64,000 nt of DNA from NCBI GenBank assembly GCA_963783385.1, contig CAWANJ010000006.1, forward strand, positions 128,001 through 192,000, given 5' to 3'. The notes below the pieces were generated by a model, which saw only the letters and a list, made by a program, of their open reading frames with translations, was not told the DNA's origin and ran no database searches. Position 1 is the first letter of the stretch; every line of letters starts with the position of its first letter. The position numbers and the translations under genes were made by a program. This DNA comes from an uncultured Gemmatimonadales bacterium (lineage in GTDB: Bacteria > Gemmatimonadota > Gemmatimonadetes > Palauibacterales > Palauibacteraceae). Shown here piece after piece: positions 44,131 through 54,863 of the stretch.

Positions 44131-44248
44131 AGGCGCCGCCGGCGGCGGCTCCGGATCGGGAGGCTGAAGGAGCGCTCTCCCGATCGTCCGGCGGCGGGCG
44201 CTGGCGGCCCCTAGCCTCGCCCCGGGACTCCTCCCCACATTGGCGATC

Positions 44249-46249
44249 ATGAATACGCTACGGAGCATCTCGGCCGCCGTCTGCCTGGCGCTCCTGGGCG
44301 CCGCGACGGCATCCGCCCAGGAGGCGGACAGCACCTTCATCCGGCAGAACTACGTCAAGCACGAGTACCGCATCCCGATGCGGGACGGCGTGAAGCTGTT
44401 CACCATCGTGTACGTGCCCAGGGACGCGTCCCCGACGCACACCTACCCGATGGTGATGGAGCGTACCTGCTATTCGATCCGACCCTACGGCCCGGACGCC
44501 TACCCGAGCCGGCTGGGACCCGACCGGTTCATGATGCGGGACAAGTACATCTTCGTGTACCAGGACGTGCGCGGGCGCTACATGTCCGAGGGCACCTTCG
44601 TGAACGTGCGCCCCTTCGTCCCCGACTCCATCAAGGCGAAGAACCCGAAGGCCGTCGACGAGGCGTCGGACACCTACGACACCATCGCCTGGCTGCTGAA
44701 GAACGTACCCTACAACAACGGGCTCGTGGGACAGTGGGGGATCAGCTACCCCGGCTTCTACACGACCATGGGGGCGCTGTCGGGGCATCCGGCCCTGGTC
44801 GCCGCCTCGCCGCAGGCGCCGGTCACGAACTTCTACTTCGAGGACTTCCACCACAACGGCGCCCTGACGCAGGGCTACTTCTACACCTACCCGGTGTTCG
44901 GCGTCCAGCACCCCCACCCGACCACCGAGAACTGGTGGATGCCCGAGATGCAGCACGTGCTGGGCACCGAGGGGCAGCAGGGTCGAGGGTTCTTCGGAGG
45001 GGCCCGGAAGATCCAGGGGCTGCCCGACGACTACGACTACCAGCTCAGCCTCGGGCCGCTCCGCAACACGACCGAGAAGTTCTACAAGAACAACTTCTTC
45101 TGGGAGGAGATCGTCCACCATCCCGACTACGACGCCTTCTGGAAGGCGCGCGCCGTCGGCCCGGACATCGTCGAGCACATGAAGACCGGCGCGCCCATGC
45201 CGGCCATGATGGAGGTGGGAGGCTGGTTCGACGCCGAGGACCTGTACGGTCCGCTCCAGGTCCACCGCATGGTCCAGTCGCAGGACCCCCAGCGCTTCAA
45301 CGGACTCGTGTACGGGCCGTTCCGCCACGGCGGCTGGTCCGCGCAGGGCGTCGTTCACACCGTGCACGGCGACATCTACTTCGGCGACTCGCTCGAGACG
45401 AAGTTCCAGCGCGACGTCGAGGCGAAGTTCTTCCACCACTTCCTGAAGGACGGCGGCAAGGGACCGGTGGGGCTGGCCCAGGCCCACATGTTCGACACCG
45501 GCAAGAAGGTGTGGGACAACTTCGAGACCTGGCCCCCCGCGGCCGCCACCAAGCGCTCGCTCTACCTGGACCCGCACGGCTCCCTGTCCTTCGAGCCGCC
45601 CCGGGGCGGCCCGGCCTACTCGGAGTACGTGAGCGATCCCGAGGAGCCCGAGGCGAGCCGCTGCCGGCCGCCGACGATCCAGGGCCTCACCATGTACCAG
45701 TACATGAGCGACGACCAGCGCTGCTTCGACAACGACCGCGGCGTGGTTACCTTCGAGACGCCGCCGCTGGACCACGACGTGACCCTGGCCGGGCCCATCG
45801 AGGTGCACCTGTTCGCGAGCACGTCGACGGACGCCTCGGACTACGTCGTGAAGCTCATCGACGTCTACCCGATGGACGAGCCCGACAGCCCGTACCGGCC
45901 CGACAAGGAAGTGCACTACGCCGGCTACCAGCAGCTGGTGCGCGGCGAGATCATGCGCGGGCGCTACCGGGACGGGTTCGACGACCCGAAGCCGTTCGTG
46001 CCGGGGAAGGTCACGAAGGTCGACTTCCGGCTCCAGGACGTGCTGCAGACGTTCAAGAAGGGGCACCGGATCATGGTGCAGGTGCAGAGCACCTGGTTCC
46101 CGGCCTTCGACCGGAACCCGCAGCACTACGTGCCCAACATCTACGACGCCACGCAGGGCGACTTCGTGAAGGCCACCGAGCGCATCTACCACACGCCCGA
46201 GCAGCCCAGCCGGCTGGACGTGGAGGTGCTGCCGGGCGGGTCTCCGTAG
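44249..46249 (+). CDS. CocE/NonD (S15) hydrolase, alpha-amino acid ester hydrolase/glutaryl-7-ACA acylase-like
   Basis: IPMRDGVKL, QDVRGRYMSEG, WGISYPG, GGWFDAED, QVQSTWFP. Confidence 0.92.
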   Translation: MNTLRSISAAVCLALLGAATASAQEADSTFIRQNYVKHEYRIPMRDGVKLFTIVYVPRDASPTHTYPMVMERTCYSIRPYGPDAYPSRLGPDRFMMRDKYIFVYQDVRGRYMSEGTFVNVRPFVPDSIKAKNPKAVDEASDTYDTIAWLLKNVPYNNGLVGQWGISYPGFYTTMGALSGHPALVAASPQAPVTNFYFEDFHHNGALTQGYFYTYPVFGVQHPHPTTENWWMPEMQHVLGTEGQQGRGFFGGARKIQGLPDDYDYQLSLGPLRNTTEKFYKNNFFWEEIVHHPDYDAFWKARAVGPDIVEHMKTGAPMPAMMEVGGWFDAEDLYGPLQVHRMVQSQDPQRFNGLVYGPFRHGGWSAQGVVHTVHGDIYFGDSLETKFQRDVEAKFFHHFLKDGGKGPVGLAQAHMFDTGKKVWDNFETWPPAAATKRSLYLDPHGSLSFEPPRGGPAYSEYVSDPEEPEASRCRPPTIQGLTMYQYMSDDQRCFDNDRGVVTFETPPLDHDVTLAGPIEVHLFASTSTDASDYVVKLIDVYPMDEPDSPYRPDKEVHYAGYQQLVRGEIMRGRYRDGFDDPKPFVPGKVTKVDFRLQDVLQTFKKGHRIMVQVQSTWFPAFDRNPQHYVPNIYDATQGDFVKATERIYHTPEQPSRLDVEVLPGGSP

Positions 46250-46280
46250 TGGAGCGGACGGGGGCGCGACGGCCGGAGGC

Positions 46281-47177
46281 GTGATCCGGACGGCCCCGTC
46301 CGAGACCGCGCCGCTCGGCACGGTCCTGGTCAAGCGACCCGAGGAAGCGTTCGGGAGCGCGGAGCGGATCGAGGCGGAGTGGCGCGACCTGGGCTACGCG
46401 TCGCCGCCCGACTACGAGGCCGCGTGCGCCGAGCACGCGGCCTTCGTCGAGCTGCTCCAGGCCATGGGCGCGCAGCCCACCTACCTGCCGTCCGCCCCGG
46501 ACACCGGGCTCGACTCCCTGTACGCCCGCGACGCGTCCATCGTGGGGCCGCGGGGCGCCATCCTGTGCCGCATGGGCAAGGAGGCGCGGCGCGCCGAGCC
46601 GGAGGCGGAGGCTCGTGCATACTGGATGATGGGCGTCCCCGTCCTCGGCGGGATCGAGGCTCCGGGGACCGTGGAGGGCGGCGATTTCGTGTGGCTCGAC
46701 GAGCGTACCGCGGCCGTGGGACGCGGCTACCGCACCAACGCCGAGGGTATCCGCCAGCTACGCGAGCTCCTGGCCGACGACGTGGACCGCCTGCTCGTCG
46801 TGCCGCTCCCCCACTGGCGAGGACCCGGCGATGTCTTCCACCTCATGTCCATCCTGAGCCCGGTGGACCGCGATCTGGCCGTGGTCTACTCGCCCCTCCT
46901 ACCCGTGCCCTTCCGGGAGGCGCTCCTGGAGCGCGGGGTCGAGCTGGTGGAGGTCCCGGACGAGGAGTTCGACGCGCTCGGCTGCAACGTGCTGGCCGTG
47001 GCTCCGCGCCGGTGCGTCATGGTGGAGGGGTGTCCGGTCACGCGCCGCCGGTTGGAGGCGGCGGGCGCCGAGGTGCGCACGTTCGCCGGCCGCGAGATCT
47101 GCCTCGAGGGGCAGGGAGGACCGACCTGCCTCACGCGGCCTGTGGTACGGAGGACCGAGGGCGGACCGACGGGTTGA
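46281..47177 (+). CDS. Amidinotransferase/dimethylarginase (DDAH/ADI-like) family protein
   Basis: DSLYARD, VEGGD, GYRTN, FHLMS, GGPTCLT. Confidence 0.88.
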   Translation: MIRTAPSETAPLGTVLVKRPEEAFGSAERIEAEWRDLGYASPPDYEAACAEHAAFVELLQAMGAQPTYLPSAPDTGLDSLYARDASIVGPRGAILCRMGKEARRAEPEAEARAYWMMGVPVLGGIEAPGTVEGGDFVWLDERTAAVGRGYRTNAEGIRQLRELLADDVDRLLVVPLPHWRGPGDVFHLMSILSPVDRDLAVVYSPLLPVPFREALLERGVELVEVPDEEFDALGCNVLAVAPRRCVMVEGCPVTRRRLEAAGAEVRTFAGREICLEGQGGPTCLTRPVVRRTEGGPTG

Positions 47178-47523
47178 GCCCGGCGCCTCGATCCATTCGG
47201 CGACCGCCTCGCGGCTCCGGGGCCCACGCCGGAGCCGCGACCAGACGCTCAACCGACGACGGCGCAGGATTCGGGGTGAATCCACCGGAATGATTCGATC
47301 AGCCATCCGACGTTCGTAGTCGGTAGATCTTGGGCAGACTTCCTATTGTGACCGCCCGAGTTGTTGATACTACGTTGACGAAGCTATTTAGAATTGCTAC
47401 AGAGGTCTCTGGCCGGCCATGGACCAAGTCTTGTCAGAACTCACTCTGGGCGAGCGACAGGAGAAGCCTACCGAAAGTCCCCACAGGCCCAACATTCCTG
47501 CTACCTCGGAGGCCGTAATCGGA

Positions 47524-47772
47524 TTGCCCGCTCGCAAGTACTCGATTGTGACCGCCGCTTCCCTCCTTGTTGCAGTTCTCCCGATCTCCCTTAGACACGT
47601 GTCGGCCAGCCCCTCAGGCGATAGGGGTGTTCGATCTTGGCATGTCACATGGAGTAGAGCGTGTGCTGAGGGAACGTGTGTCTTCAAATTCTTCTGGGAC
47701 TGCGTGACCCCCAACAACCCATTCCCGCAACCGAATTCATGCGACTATCGAGATCCAGGCTGTTTGCCATAG
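47524..47772 (+). CDS. Secreted Cys-rich peptide 1 (82 aa)
   Basis: TTG start after GGAGG; MPARKYSIVTAASLLVAVLPI...WHVTWSRACAEGTCVFKFFWDCVTPNNPFPQPNSCDYRDPGCLP; paralog of next ORF. Confidence 0.75.
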   Translation: MPARKYSIVTAASLLVAVLPISLRHVSASPSGDRGVRSWHVTWSRACAEGTCVFKFFWDCVTPNNPFPQPNSCDYRDPGCLP

Positions 47773-48007
47773 GGGCGCAAAACCTCTATGAAGTGCCGGC
47801 ACCCAGATCATGGTGGCAGGTCTCAAGTCGGTTCAAGAGCTACCCCGCTTGTAGTCCGACACGCTCCGCAGGTCGAGGATGTTCCTACGGCGTCCGTTCG
47901 GTCACCCAGCGAGAACCAGTGCGCCGACATGCAGGAAGGCACTGTGCGGTGCGAGGCAACGCTCGATACGCGTGACCGAGTATATTCCCCAATACAAGGA
48001 GGATAGC

Positions 48008-48265
48008 ATGCGCACCAAGAGGCTCCAGATGGTCGCAGCCGTTTCCGCCAGCATGCTGGCCCTCGCCCTGCCCATCCACTTTGGACACGCTGCGTCAGCG
48101 CCGGGCGTGGTCGCAGAGATGACAACCTGGCACATTTCCTGGAGCGAGGCGTGCGCGCAGGGGAGCTGCGCACCCAAGGACAATTGGGACTGCTGGTGAC
48201 CCGGCGCACCCCTTCCCGACCCGAACCACTGCGACCCTTGGGATCCTGGTTGTCTGGATCAGTAG
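48008..48265 (+). CDS. Secreted Cys-rich peptide 2 (85 codons, in-frame TGA at 48197-48199)
   Basis: AAGGAGG RBS; MRTKRLQMVAAVSASMLALALPI...WHISWSEACAQGSCAPKDNWDCW*PGAPLPDPNHCDPWDPGCLDQ-TAG. Confidence 0.75.
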
Positions 48266-48291
48266 CGGATCAAGCTCTGCCCATCGCTCGC

Positions 48292-49578
48292 ATGCCGGCC
48301 GGGATGCATAGTCCATCGCGTGCCGGCGCTGGGCAGGCTGTCCTCACAGCGCTTCTGTTACTTCTGGCCAGCTGTCACGCCGACTCCCGCGAGGCGGTCC
48401 GCTCTCCCGTCACGGACACGAACAACCAGGGAGACTCACCAGCGGCGAGCGCCGAGAGTCCTCCCCAACCGGCCGCTGCGGCATGGCATGTCGACCCGGC
48501 GTCTCGTCTGCGAATTGGACGAGCAGCAGGAGACCCCGAGTATCTGTTCGAACGAGTCAATGGCGTCCAGGTCCTGGAGAATGGGAGAATCGCCATAGCC
48601 GACGCCGGCTCCGAGTCGGTCCGCTTGTTTGACGCTTCCGGGCATTGGGTCGCCACTGCCGGTGGGTTTGGTGGGGGGCCGGGCGAGTATCGCGGACTGA
48701 AGTGGATCGGCGAATGCAGTCCTGACACCCTCTATGCGTACGATGCTGTCAACTGGAGGATTACAGAAATCGACGCCGACGGAGGCGTTGACCACATGTT
48801 CACGCCGGCGCTCCCATCCTCCGATATCCCGCCGCTGCGCGTTGCGTGTGCTCCCGATGGTAATGTGATCCTGATGGGTTGGGGTGGCCTTCGACCGGAC
48901 CACGCGATGATGGCCTGGCGTCCAGACGTTCCGATCGCCGTCGTTGACCAGGACGGCCGGCTCGTCAGGGACATTGGAACCGTCCGTGGCAACGAGCGAT
49001 ACGCCTTCGCTCGCAGCGTTGGTCCCATGCCCCTCGGAAAGTCGACGTTGATCGCGGGAGGTGCAAGCCACGTCTACGTTGGAACAGGTGACAGCTATGA
49101 GATTCGGCAGTACGGTCGTAGGGGCCAGTTCATCAGAACGGTCAGGCTCGGCCGTCGACCTGTTGCCATTACGGACCGCGACATCAATGCGTTCACGGAC
49201 AGTGTACTAGCTCTCACACAGAGCAGCGCCAAGCGAAACATCTGGCGCAAGCAGCTCGAGGAGGTCCGGTTTCCAGCCACTCTCCCGGCCTACGAGTCCC
49301 TGCTGGTCGGGGGAAAGGGCTGCCTGTGGGTCGAGGATTATGCTAGACCGGGAACAGCTTCCGACCGTACATGGTCTGTCTTCGCCCCATCAGGTCGGCT
49401 TGTTGCGACGAGTGCTACTCCACATGGCTTGCAGGTGCTGGATATCGGCCCATCAACCATCGCCGGTGTCACGGCTGATTCTCTAGGAATCCAGCATGTC
49501 GAGGTGCACTCACTGCTTCGTGACTCCCCGCAGGGAGCCGAGGCCTGTGGTGAGACTCAAGCAAGAGGGCCAGCCTGA
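48292..49578 (+). CDS. Lipoprotein, 6-bladed beta-propeller-like
   Basis: Lipobox LASC; IAIADAG...VRLFDASG...GGFGGGPGEYR; LWVEDY; WSVFAPSGRL. Confidence 0.8.
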   Translation: MPAGMHSPSRAGAGQAVLTALLLLLASCHADSREAVRSPVTDTNNQGDSPAASAESPPQPAAAAWHVDPASRLRIGRAAGDPEYLFERVNGVQVLENGRIAIADAGSESVRLFDASGHWVATAGGFGGGPGEYRGLKWIGECSPDTLYAYDAVNWRITEIDADGGVDHMFTPALPSSDIPPLRVACAPDGNVILMGWGGLRPDHAMMAWRPDVPIAVVDQDGRLVRDIGTVRGNERYAFARSVGPMPLGKSTLIAGGASHVYVGTGDSYEIRQYGRRGQFIRTVRLGRRPVAITDRDINAFTDSVLALTQSSAKRNIWRKQLEEVRFPATLPAYESLLVGGKGCLWVEDYARPGTASDRTWSVFAPSGRLVATSATPHGLQVLDIGPSTIAGVTADSLGIQHVEVHSLLRDSPQGAEACGETQARGPA

Positions 49579-49635
49579 GGCGAGCGCGCCGGCGGCCGCC
49601 TCGGGGTCGAGCCCCGGGACGGCCCGCTCTCGCGC

Positions 49636-51217
49636 TCAGCCGCCCACGTTGTCCGTGGACTCGATGAACTTCGCCACGTTGTCGTGCAGCTCCTTCAGCG
49701 CCGGAACGTGCGCGTACACCATGTGGCCGGACTGATAGAAGTCGTAGGAGATGTTGTCCTGCAGCCGGCGCTCCATGGGCAGGTGCTTCATCGTGTAGAC
49801 GGCCGCGTAGAAGGGCGTCGCCAGGTCGAAGTAGCCCGAGTTGAGCAGCACCTTCAGCTTCGGGTTCGTCTTCATGGCCTGCGCCAGGTCGAGCATGACG
49901 TTGGTCGCGCCGATGCTGCCGAAGCGCGTCCCGGGCGCCCGGTGCTTGAAGCTCCATCCCTTGGCATACAGGCCGATCTCCGGCCGGTACGACTTGCCCT
50001 TCCCGAAGTCCAGCGTCTTGCGCACGTAGTCGTTGAACAGCGACACGTACGCCGAGCTGATCGCGGAGGCCTGGGGATCGTAGGACGCCTCCTGGCTGAG
50101 GGGATCGATCGTCGGGCCGGCGAAGCGGGTGTCGAGCCGGCCGACGGTCTCCTCGTCCTGGGCGAGCAGGTTCTTGGTGAACTCGCCGCCGTTCACGCGA
50201 AGGTCCGCCTTCATCAGGTAGTCCACCGGAAGGCCGATGTACTGGTGCATCTTCTCGGCGACCGAGCGCAGCGTGGCCGAGTCGAGGGCCGCCCCCTGGT
50301 CGAGCGCCTGCTGGTACGGGCCCATGGCGAAGCTCTCGACCTCCTTCAGGAAGGGCTCGAGCTCGGCCGGCCGGTCGGCAGCGCGTGGTGGTACCAGGCC
50401 GTGGCCGCGTAGGTGGGCAGGGCGAGCTCGTAGGTGAGGTCCATGCCCGGGTTCATCTGCGGACCATCGACGTCCGAGAGGTCGTAGCTCAGGATCTCGG
50501 AGAGGAGGACGACGCCGTTCAGGTCGACGTCCTTGCCGTTCTCGAGGTCGTTGGAGAGCACGGCCGAGCGCGTGGTGCCGTAGCTCTCGCCGAACAGGTA
50601 CTTGGGCGAGTTCCAGCGCCCGTACTCCGACAGGAAGCGGGTGATGAAGTCCGCGAACGCGTGCGCGTCGGCGATCCACGCCGTAGAAGTCCTTGTCGGT
50701 GCCGATCGCCGCCCTGGTCCTTGCCGATGATGCGGCTGAAGCCGGTGCCCATGGCGTCCACGAACACCAGGTCGCTGGCGTCGAGGAGGCTGTAGTCGTT
50801 GTTCACCAGCTTGTAGGGCGCGGCGGCGGTGTGGCTGTGGTCGGCCGTGGTCACCCGGCGCGGCCCGAAGGCGCCCATGTGGAGCCACACGGTCGAGGAG
50901 CCCGGACCGCCGTTGTACAGGAAGGTGACGGGCCGGCTGGCGGGGTCAGCGCCCTGCTTGAAGTAGGCGACGTAGAACATGCTGCCGGTCGGCTTGTCCT
51001 CGTCGTTCTTGAGGATGATGGTCCCGGCGACGGCCCTGTACGAGATCTGCTTGCCCTCGACCGTGACGGTGCCGTGAGTGACGGACTGCTCGGGCTGGAC
51101 CGCCGACTTCCTGGCCGGCGCGCCCGAGTCCGACGGACTCGACTGCGCCACGGAGATGGCGGGCGTGAAGAACGCGCAGGCCGCGAACAGCGCCGCCAGG
51201 GTCGCGAAGCGCCTCAT
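49636..51217 (-). CDS. Secreted S10 serine carboxypeptidase (frameshifted)
   Basis: FLYNGGPGSS, GTGFSR, GESYGTTR, GYFDLATP, SGHMVY. Confidence 0.92.
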
Positions 51218-51528
51218 GGTGACTTCTCCTGTGCTCGATGGAATCGATCGATCGGAACGGCGTCCCCGGTGATGGGGCGGGAGCGTGGCGCGGCACGCCC
51301 GGGGAGCCGGAGGAGGTCCGGCTCTCGGATCGCGTCTGTGGTCGGGACTCGTCGCTGCGACACGCTCATGGTCGGGCGCCACGATAGGACGGGCCTCCAT
51401 CCGGCTGCAACAGGCACCGCCTCCTCCTTGCCCGTGCCCGGCGGGGCACGCGAGGTTGACCGCCGCGTGACCTCCGACGTCGGGGGTGCGCCCGTGACCC
51501 TCGAACCGAAGCCGTACGGAGTGCCCCG

Positions 51529-53016
51529 ATGAGCTCAGCCAGCCCGCTACCCGCCCTTCGATCGCGCGTCACCTCCGGCACCCGGGGCCGATCGGCCGAG
51601 CGCCGACCTCCCTTGGTCACCGTCCTGGCGCTCCTCTGGCTCCTCCCCCTGGCGGCCCCGGCGCCCGCGCGGGCCCAGGCGCGGCCGGGCGCGGATCCGG
51701 CCCTGGCGGGCCGGGTCGACACGATCGCGTCACGGGTCCTGGAGACGACGGGCGTTCCGAGCGCCTCGGTCGCTGTCGTCCGGCACGGGCGCCTGGCGTA
51801 CGTCCACGCGTACGGGTCGGCCCGGCTGGAGCCGCGGACCCCCTCTGCGGCCGACATGCGCTACGCCATCGGTTCGATCAGCAAGCAGTTCGCGGCCTCC
51901 TGCGTCCTCCTCCTGCAGCAGGAAGGGAAGCTCTCCCTGGATGACCCGGTGTCCCGCTTTCTCCCGGACCTGCCCCATGCGGACAGCGTGACCCTGCGCG
52001 AGATCCTCTCCCACACCTCCGGCTACCAGGACTACTGGCCGCAGGACTACGTGCCGCCGGCCATGCTGAAGCCGGTGACGCCGCAGGAGATCCTGGACCG
52101 GTGGGCGAGCAAGCCGCTCGACTTCGCGCCGGGGACGCGCTGGCAGTACAGCAACACCAACTACGTGATCGCGGGCCTCGTCGTGCAGAAGGTCTCCGGG
52201 CTGCCTTTCTTCGAGTTCCTGCGCAGCCGGATCCTGCGGCCCCTCGACCTGGAGAGCGTGGTGAACGTGGACGCGGGACACCTGACCGAATCCGACCCCA
52301 CCGGCTACATGCGCTACGGCCTCGGCCCCCTCCGCCCCGCCCCGAGCACGGGGAAGGGCTGGATCTACGCCATGGGCGAGCTGGCCATGACGCCCCGCGA
52401 CCTGGCCAGGTGGGATGTGTCGCTCATCGACCGGAGCCTCCTGGCACCGGCCTCCTACCGGGAGCTCGAGACGGAAGTGCGGCTGAAGAGCGGGGTGGGC
52501 ACGGGCTACGGCCTGGGCGTCTCGGTGGGCATGCAGAACGGCCACCGGATGATCTCGCACACCGGCGAGGTGTCGGGCTTCACGGCCTCCAACCTCGTGT
52601 TCCCCGACGACAGCGCCGCCGTCGTCGTCCTCACCAACCAGGATGCGGCCAGCGCGGCGGGTCTCATCGCCGGTGGAATCGCGCGGCTCCTGTTTGCCCG
52701 GCAGGACTCGGCGACTCAGGGCCGCCTGGAGCGGGCCCGGCGTATCTTCCGGAGCCTCCAGCGCGGGACCATCGACCGGTCCCAGTTCACTTCGGACGCC
52801 AACGCCTACTTCAGCGACCAGGCGCTCAAGGACTTCGAGTCGAGCCTCGGACCGCTCGGGGAACCTCGCTCCTTTCAGCAGGTGGCCGAGCGAGAGCGGG
52901 GCGGGATGCTGGAGCGCGTGTACCGGGTGACCTTCTCGGACCGGACGCTCCGGGTGTGGACGTACGAGATGCCGGACGGAAGGCTCGAGCAGTACCAGGT
53001 GGCGCCGACGGACTAG
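51529..53016 (+). CDS. Serine hydrolase, beta-lactamase class C/S12 family
   Basis: SISK, YSN, HTG motifs; signal peptide. Confidence 0.9.
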   Translation: MSSASPLPALRSRVTSGTRGRSAERRPPLVTVLALLWLLPLAAPAPARAQARPGADPALAGRVDTIASRVLETTGVPSASVAVVRHGRLAYVHAYGSARLEPRTPSAADMRYAIGSISKQFAASCVLLLQQEGKLSLDDPVSRFLPDLPHADSVTLREILSHTSGYQDYWPQDYVPPAMLKPVTPQEILDRWASKPLDFAPGTRWQYSNTNYVIAGLVVQKVSGLPFFEFLRSRILRPLDLESVVNVDAGHLTESDPTGYMRYGLGPLRPAPSTGKGWIYAMGELAMTPRDLARWDVSLIDRSLLAPASYRELETEVRLKSGVGTGYGLGVSVGMQNGHRMISHTGEVSGFTASNLVFPDDSAAVVVLTNQDAASAAGLIAGGIARLLFARQDSATQGRLERARRIFRSLQRGTIDRSQFTSDANAYFSDQALKDFESSLGPLGEPRSFQQVAERERGGMLERVYRVTFSDRTLRVWTYEMPDGRLEQYQVAPTD

Positions 53017-53126
53017 TCGCGGGCCGTGCGGCGGAGCGGAGGTGGCGCGACGTAGCCGGTCTGGCGCACCGCCTCCGCGTCCCTCACTGTCAGGACCGAA
53101 CGCCACGTCCATGACAGGAGGAAGCT

Positions 53127-54854
53127 GTGAACCGCCCGCGCCCCGCCGTCCGTCCCCTGGCCTTTCTCCCGCTTCTCGCCCTGGCCGCCCTGCTCCCGGC
53201 GTGCACGGCGCCGGGGGGAAACGCCACCTCCTTCACCATCTCGTTCCCCGATTCAGCCCACGACGGACCGATCACGGGTCGCGCTTTCGTGATGATCTCG
53301 CGCGACTCGAGCCCCGAGCCACGCTTCCAGGCGGGCCGGTTCTTCGGCTCGGCGCCCATGTTCGCGGTCGACGTCGATTCCCTGGCAGCCGGGAGGCAGG
53401 TGACGGTGGACGCCTCGGCCCTCGGGTTCCCCGTGCACGGTCTGGCCGACCTCCCGGCCGGCGACTACTACGTGCAGGGGATGCTGAACGTCTACACGGA
53501 GTTCCACCGCTCCGACGGCCACACGATCTGGGCGCACATGGATCACTGGGAGGGACAGCACTTCCAGCGCTCCCCCGGCAACCTGTACAGCGACGTCCTC
53601 AAGGTGCACCTGGACCCGGCCCGCGGCTTCCACGTGGCCCTCGACGCGGATCACGTGATCGCGCCCATCCAGATGCCCTCCGACACGAAGTACGTGAAGC
53701 ACATCAAGATCCAGAGCGACCGGCTCACGAAGTTCTGGGGTCACCCGATGTACGTGGGCGCCACGGTCCTCCTCCCGAAGGGCTATGACGAGCACCCCGA
53801 CGTCCGCTACCCGGTGGTCTACGAGCAGGGGCACTTCAATCTGAGGCCGCCGTACGGCTTCAGCCCGGACAGCCAGGCCGTACCGGCCGCCATGCGCGCC
53901 CGGCTGGCCAATCTCAACCGCGAGACCGGCCACCAGTTCTACGAGAGCTGGATGAAGCCCGACTTCCCGCGCATGATCGTGGTGACCTTCCAGCACCCGA
54001 CGCCTTACTTCGACGACTCCTACGCGGTGAACTCCCCCAACAACGGGCCGTACGGCGACGCGCTTCTCGAGGAGCTGGTTCCGTACCTGGAGAGCCACTT
54101 CCGCATGGTCCGACAGCCGTGGGGCCGGGTTCTCACGGGCGGGTCGACCGGCGGGTGGGAGTCCCTCGCCCTCCAGGTCTTCCACCCCGGGTTCTTCGGC
54201 GGAACGTGGACGCTGTATCCCGATCCGGTGGACTTCCGGCACTACCAGCTCGTCAACGTCTACCAGGACTCGAACGCGTTCGTGAGCGGACAGGCCGTGG
54301 GCCGCTCCTCGGGATGGGAGTATCCCGAGCACCCGATGATGCGGACGACCGAGGGACAGCCGCTCCAGACCTACCGGGGGATGAGCCGCATGGAGGCCGT
54401 GCTGGGGAGCCACGACCGCTCCGGCGAGCAGATCGCGGCGTGGGAGGCGGCCTACGGCCCGGTGGGGAAGGACGGCTATCCCGAGCCCGTGTGGGACAAG
54501 CTCACCGGGCACATCGACCACTCGGTGCCCGAGTACATGAAGGAGCACGGCTTCGATCTCAGGGCCTACCTGGCCGCCAACTGGGACTCGATCGGCCCCG
54601 ACCTGGTCGACAAGATCCACGTCGACGTGGGCGACATGGATACTTACTTCCTCAACGTGGCCGTGTACGACCTGCAGGCCTTCCTGGACTCGACCACGAG
54701 CCCGGCGGCCCACGCCACTTTCCGGTACGGCCGGCCCGAGAAGCCGCACGGCTGGCAGCACACGACGACCGCGAACCTGCTGCGGGAGATGGCCGACTAC
54801 ATCACCCGGCACGCGCCGCGGGGCGCCAACACCTCGGCCTGGAAGTACCGGTGA
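53127..54854 (+). CDS. Alpha/beta-hydrolase putative esterase lipoprotein
   Basis: LPAC lipobox; LLPKGYD, SPNNGPYGDAL, TGGSTGGW. Confidence 0.8.
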   Translation: MNRPRPAVRPLAFLPLLALAALLPACTAPGGNATSFTISFPDSAHDGPITGRAFVMISRDSSPEPRFQAGRFFGSAPMFAVDVDSLAAGRQVTVDASALGFPVHGLADLPAGDYYVQGMLNVYTEFHRSDGHTIWAHMDHWEGQHFQRSPGNLYSDVLKVHLDPARGFHVALDADHVIAPIQMPSDTKYVKHIKIQSDRLTKFWGHPMYVGATVLLPKGYDEHPDVRYPVVYEQGHFNLRPPYGFSPDSQAVPAAMRARLANLNRETGHQFYESWMKPDFPRMIVVTFQHPTPYFDDSYAVNSPNNGPYGDALLEELVPYLESHFRMVRQPWGRVLTGGSTGGWESLALQVFHPGFFGGTWTLYPDPVDFRHYQLVNVYQDSNAFVSGQAVGRSSGWEYPEHPMMRTTEGQPLQTYRGMSRMEAVLGSHDRSGEQIAAWEAAYGPVGKDGYPEPVWDKLTGHIDHSVPEYMKEHGFDLRAYLAANWDSIGPDLVDKIHVDVGDMDTYFLNVAVYDLQAFLDSTTSPAAHATFRYGRPEKPHGWQHTTTANLLREMADYITRHAPRGANTSAWKYR

Positions 54855-54863
54855 CGACGGACG

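Noticed and set aside
47788-48006. 72-aa ORF between the two Cys-rich peptides as a third paralog
   Set aside because: No signal peptide, no shared motif, no clear RBS
47524-48265. Classical RiPP biosynthetic cluster
   Set aside because: No radical SAM, YcaO, Lan enzyme or peptidase-ABC exporter nearby; leaders look like Sec signal peptides
51529-53016. Beta-lactamase as an antibiotic resistance gene
   Set aside because: SxxK/YxN/HTG motifs plus C-terminal extension fit generic S12 peptidases/esterases
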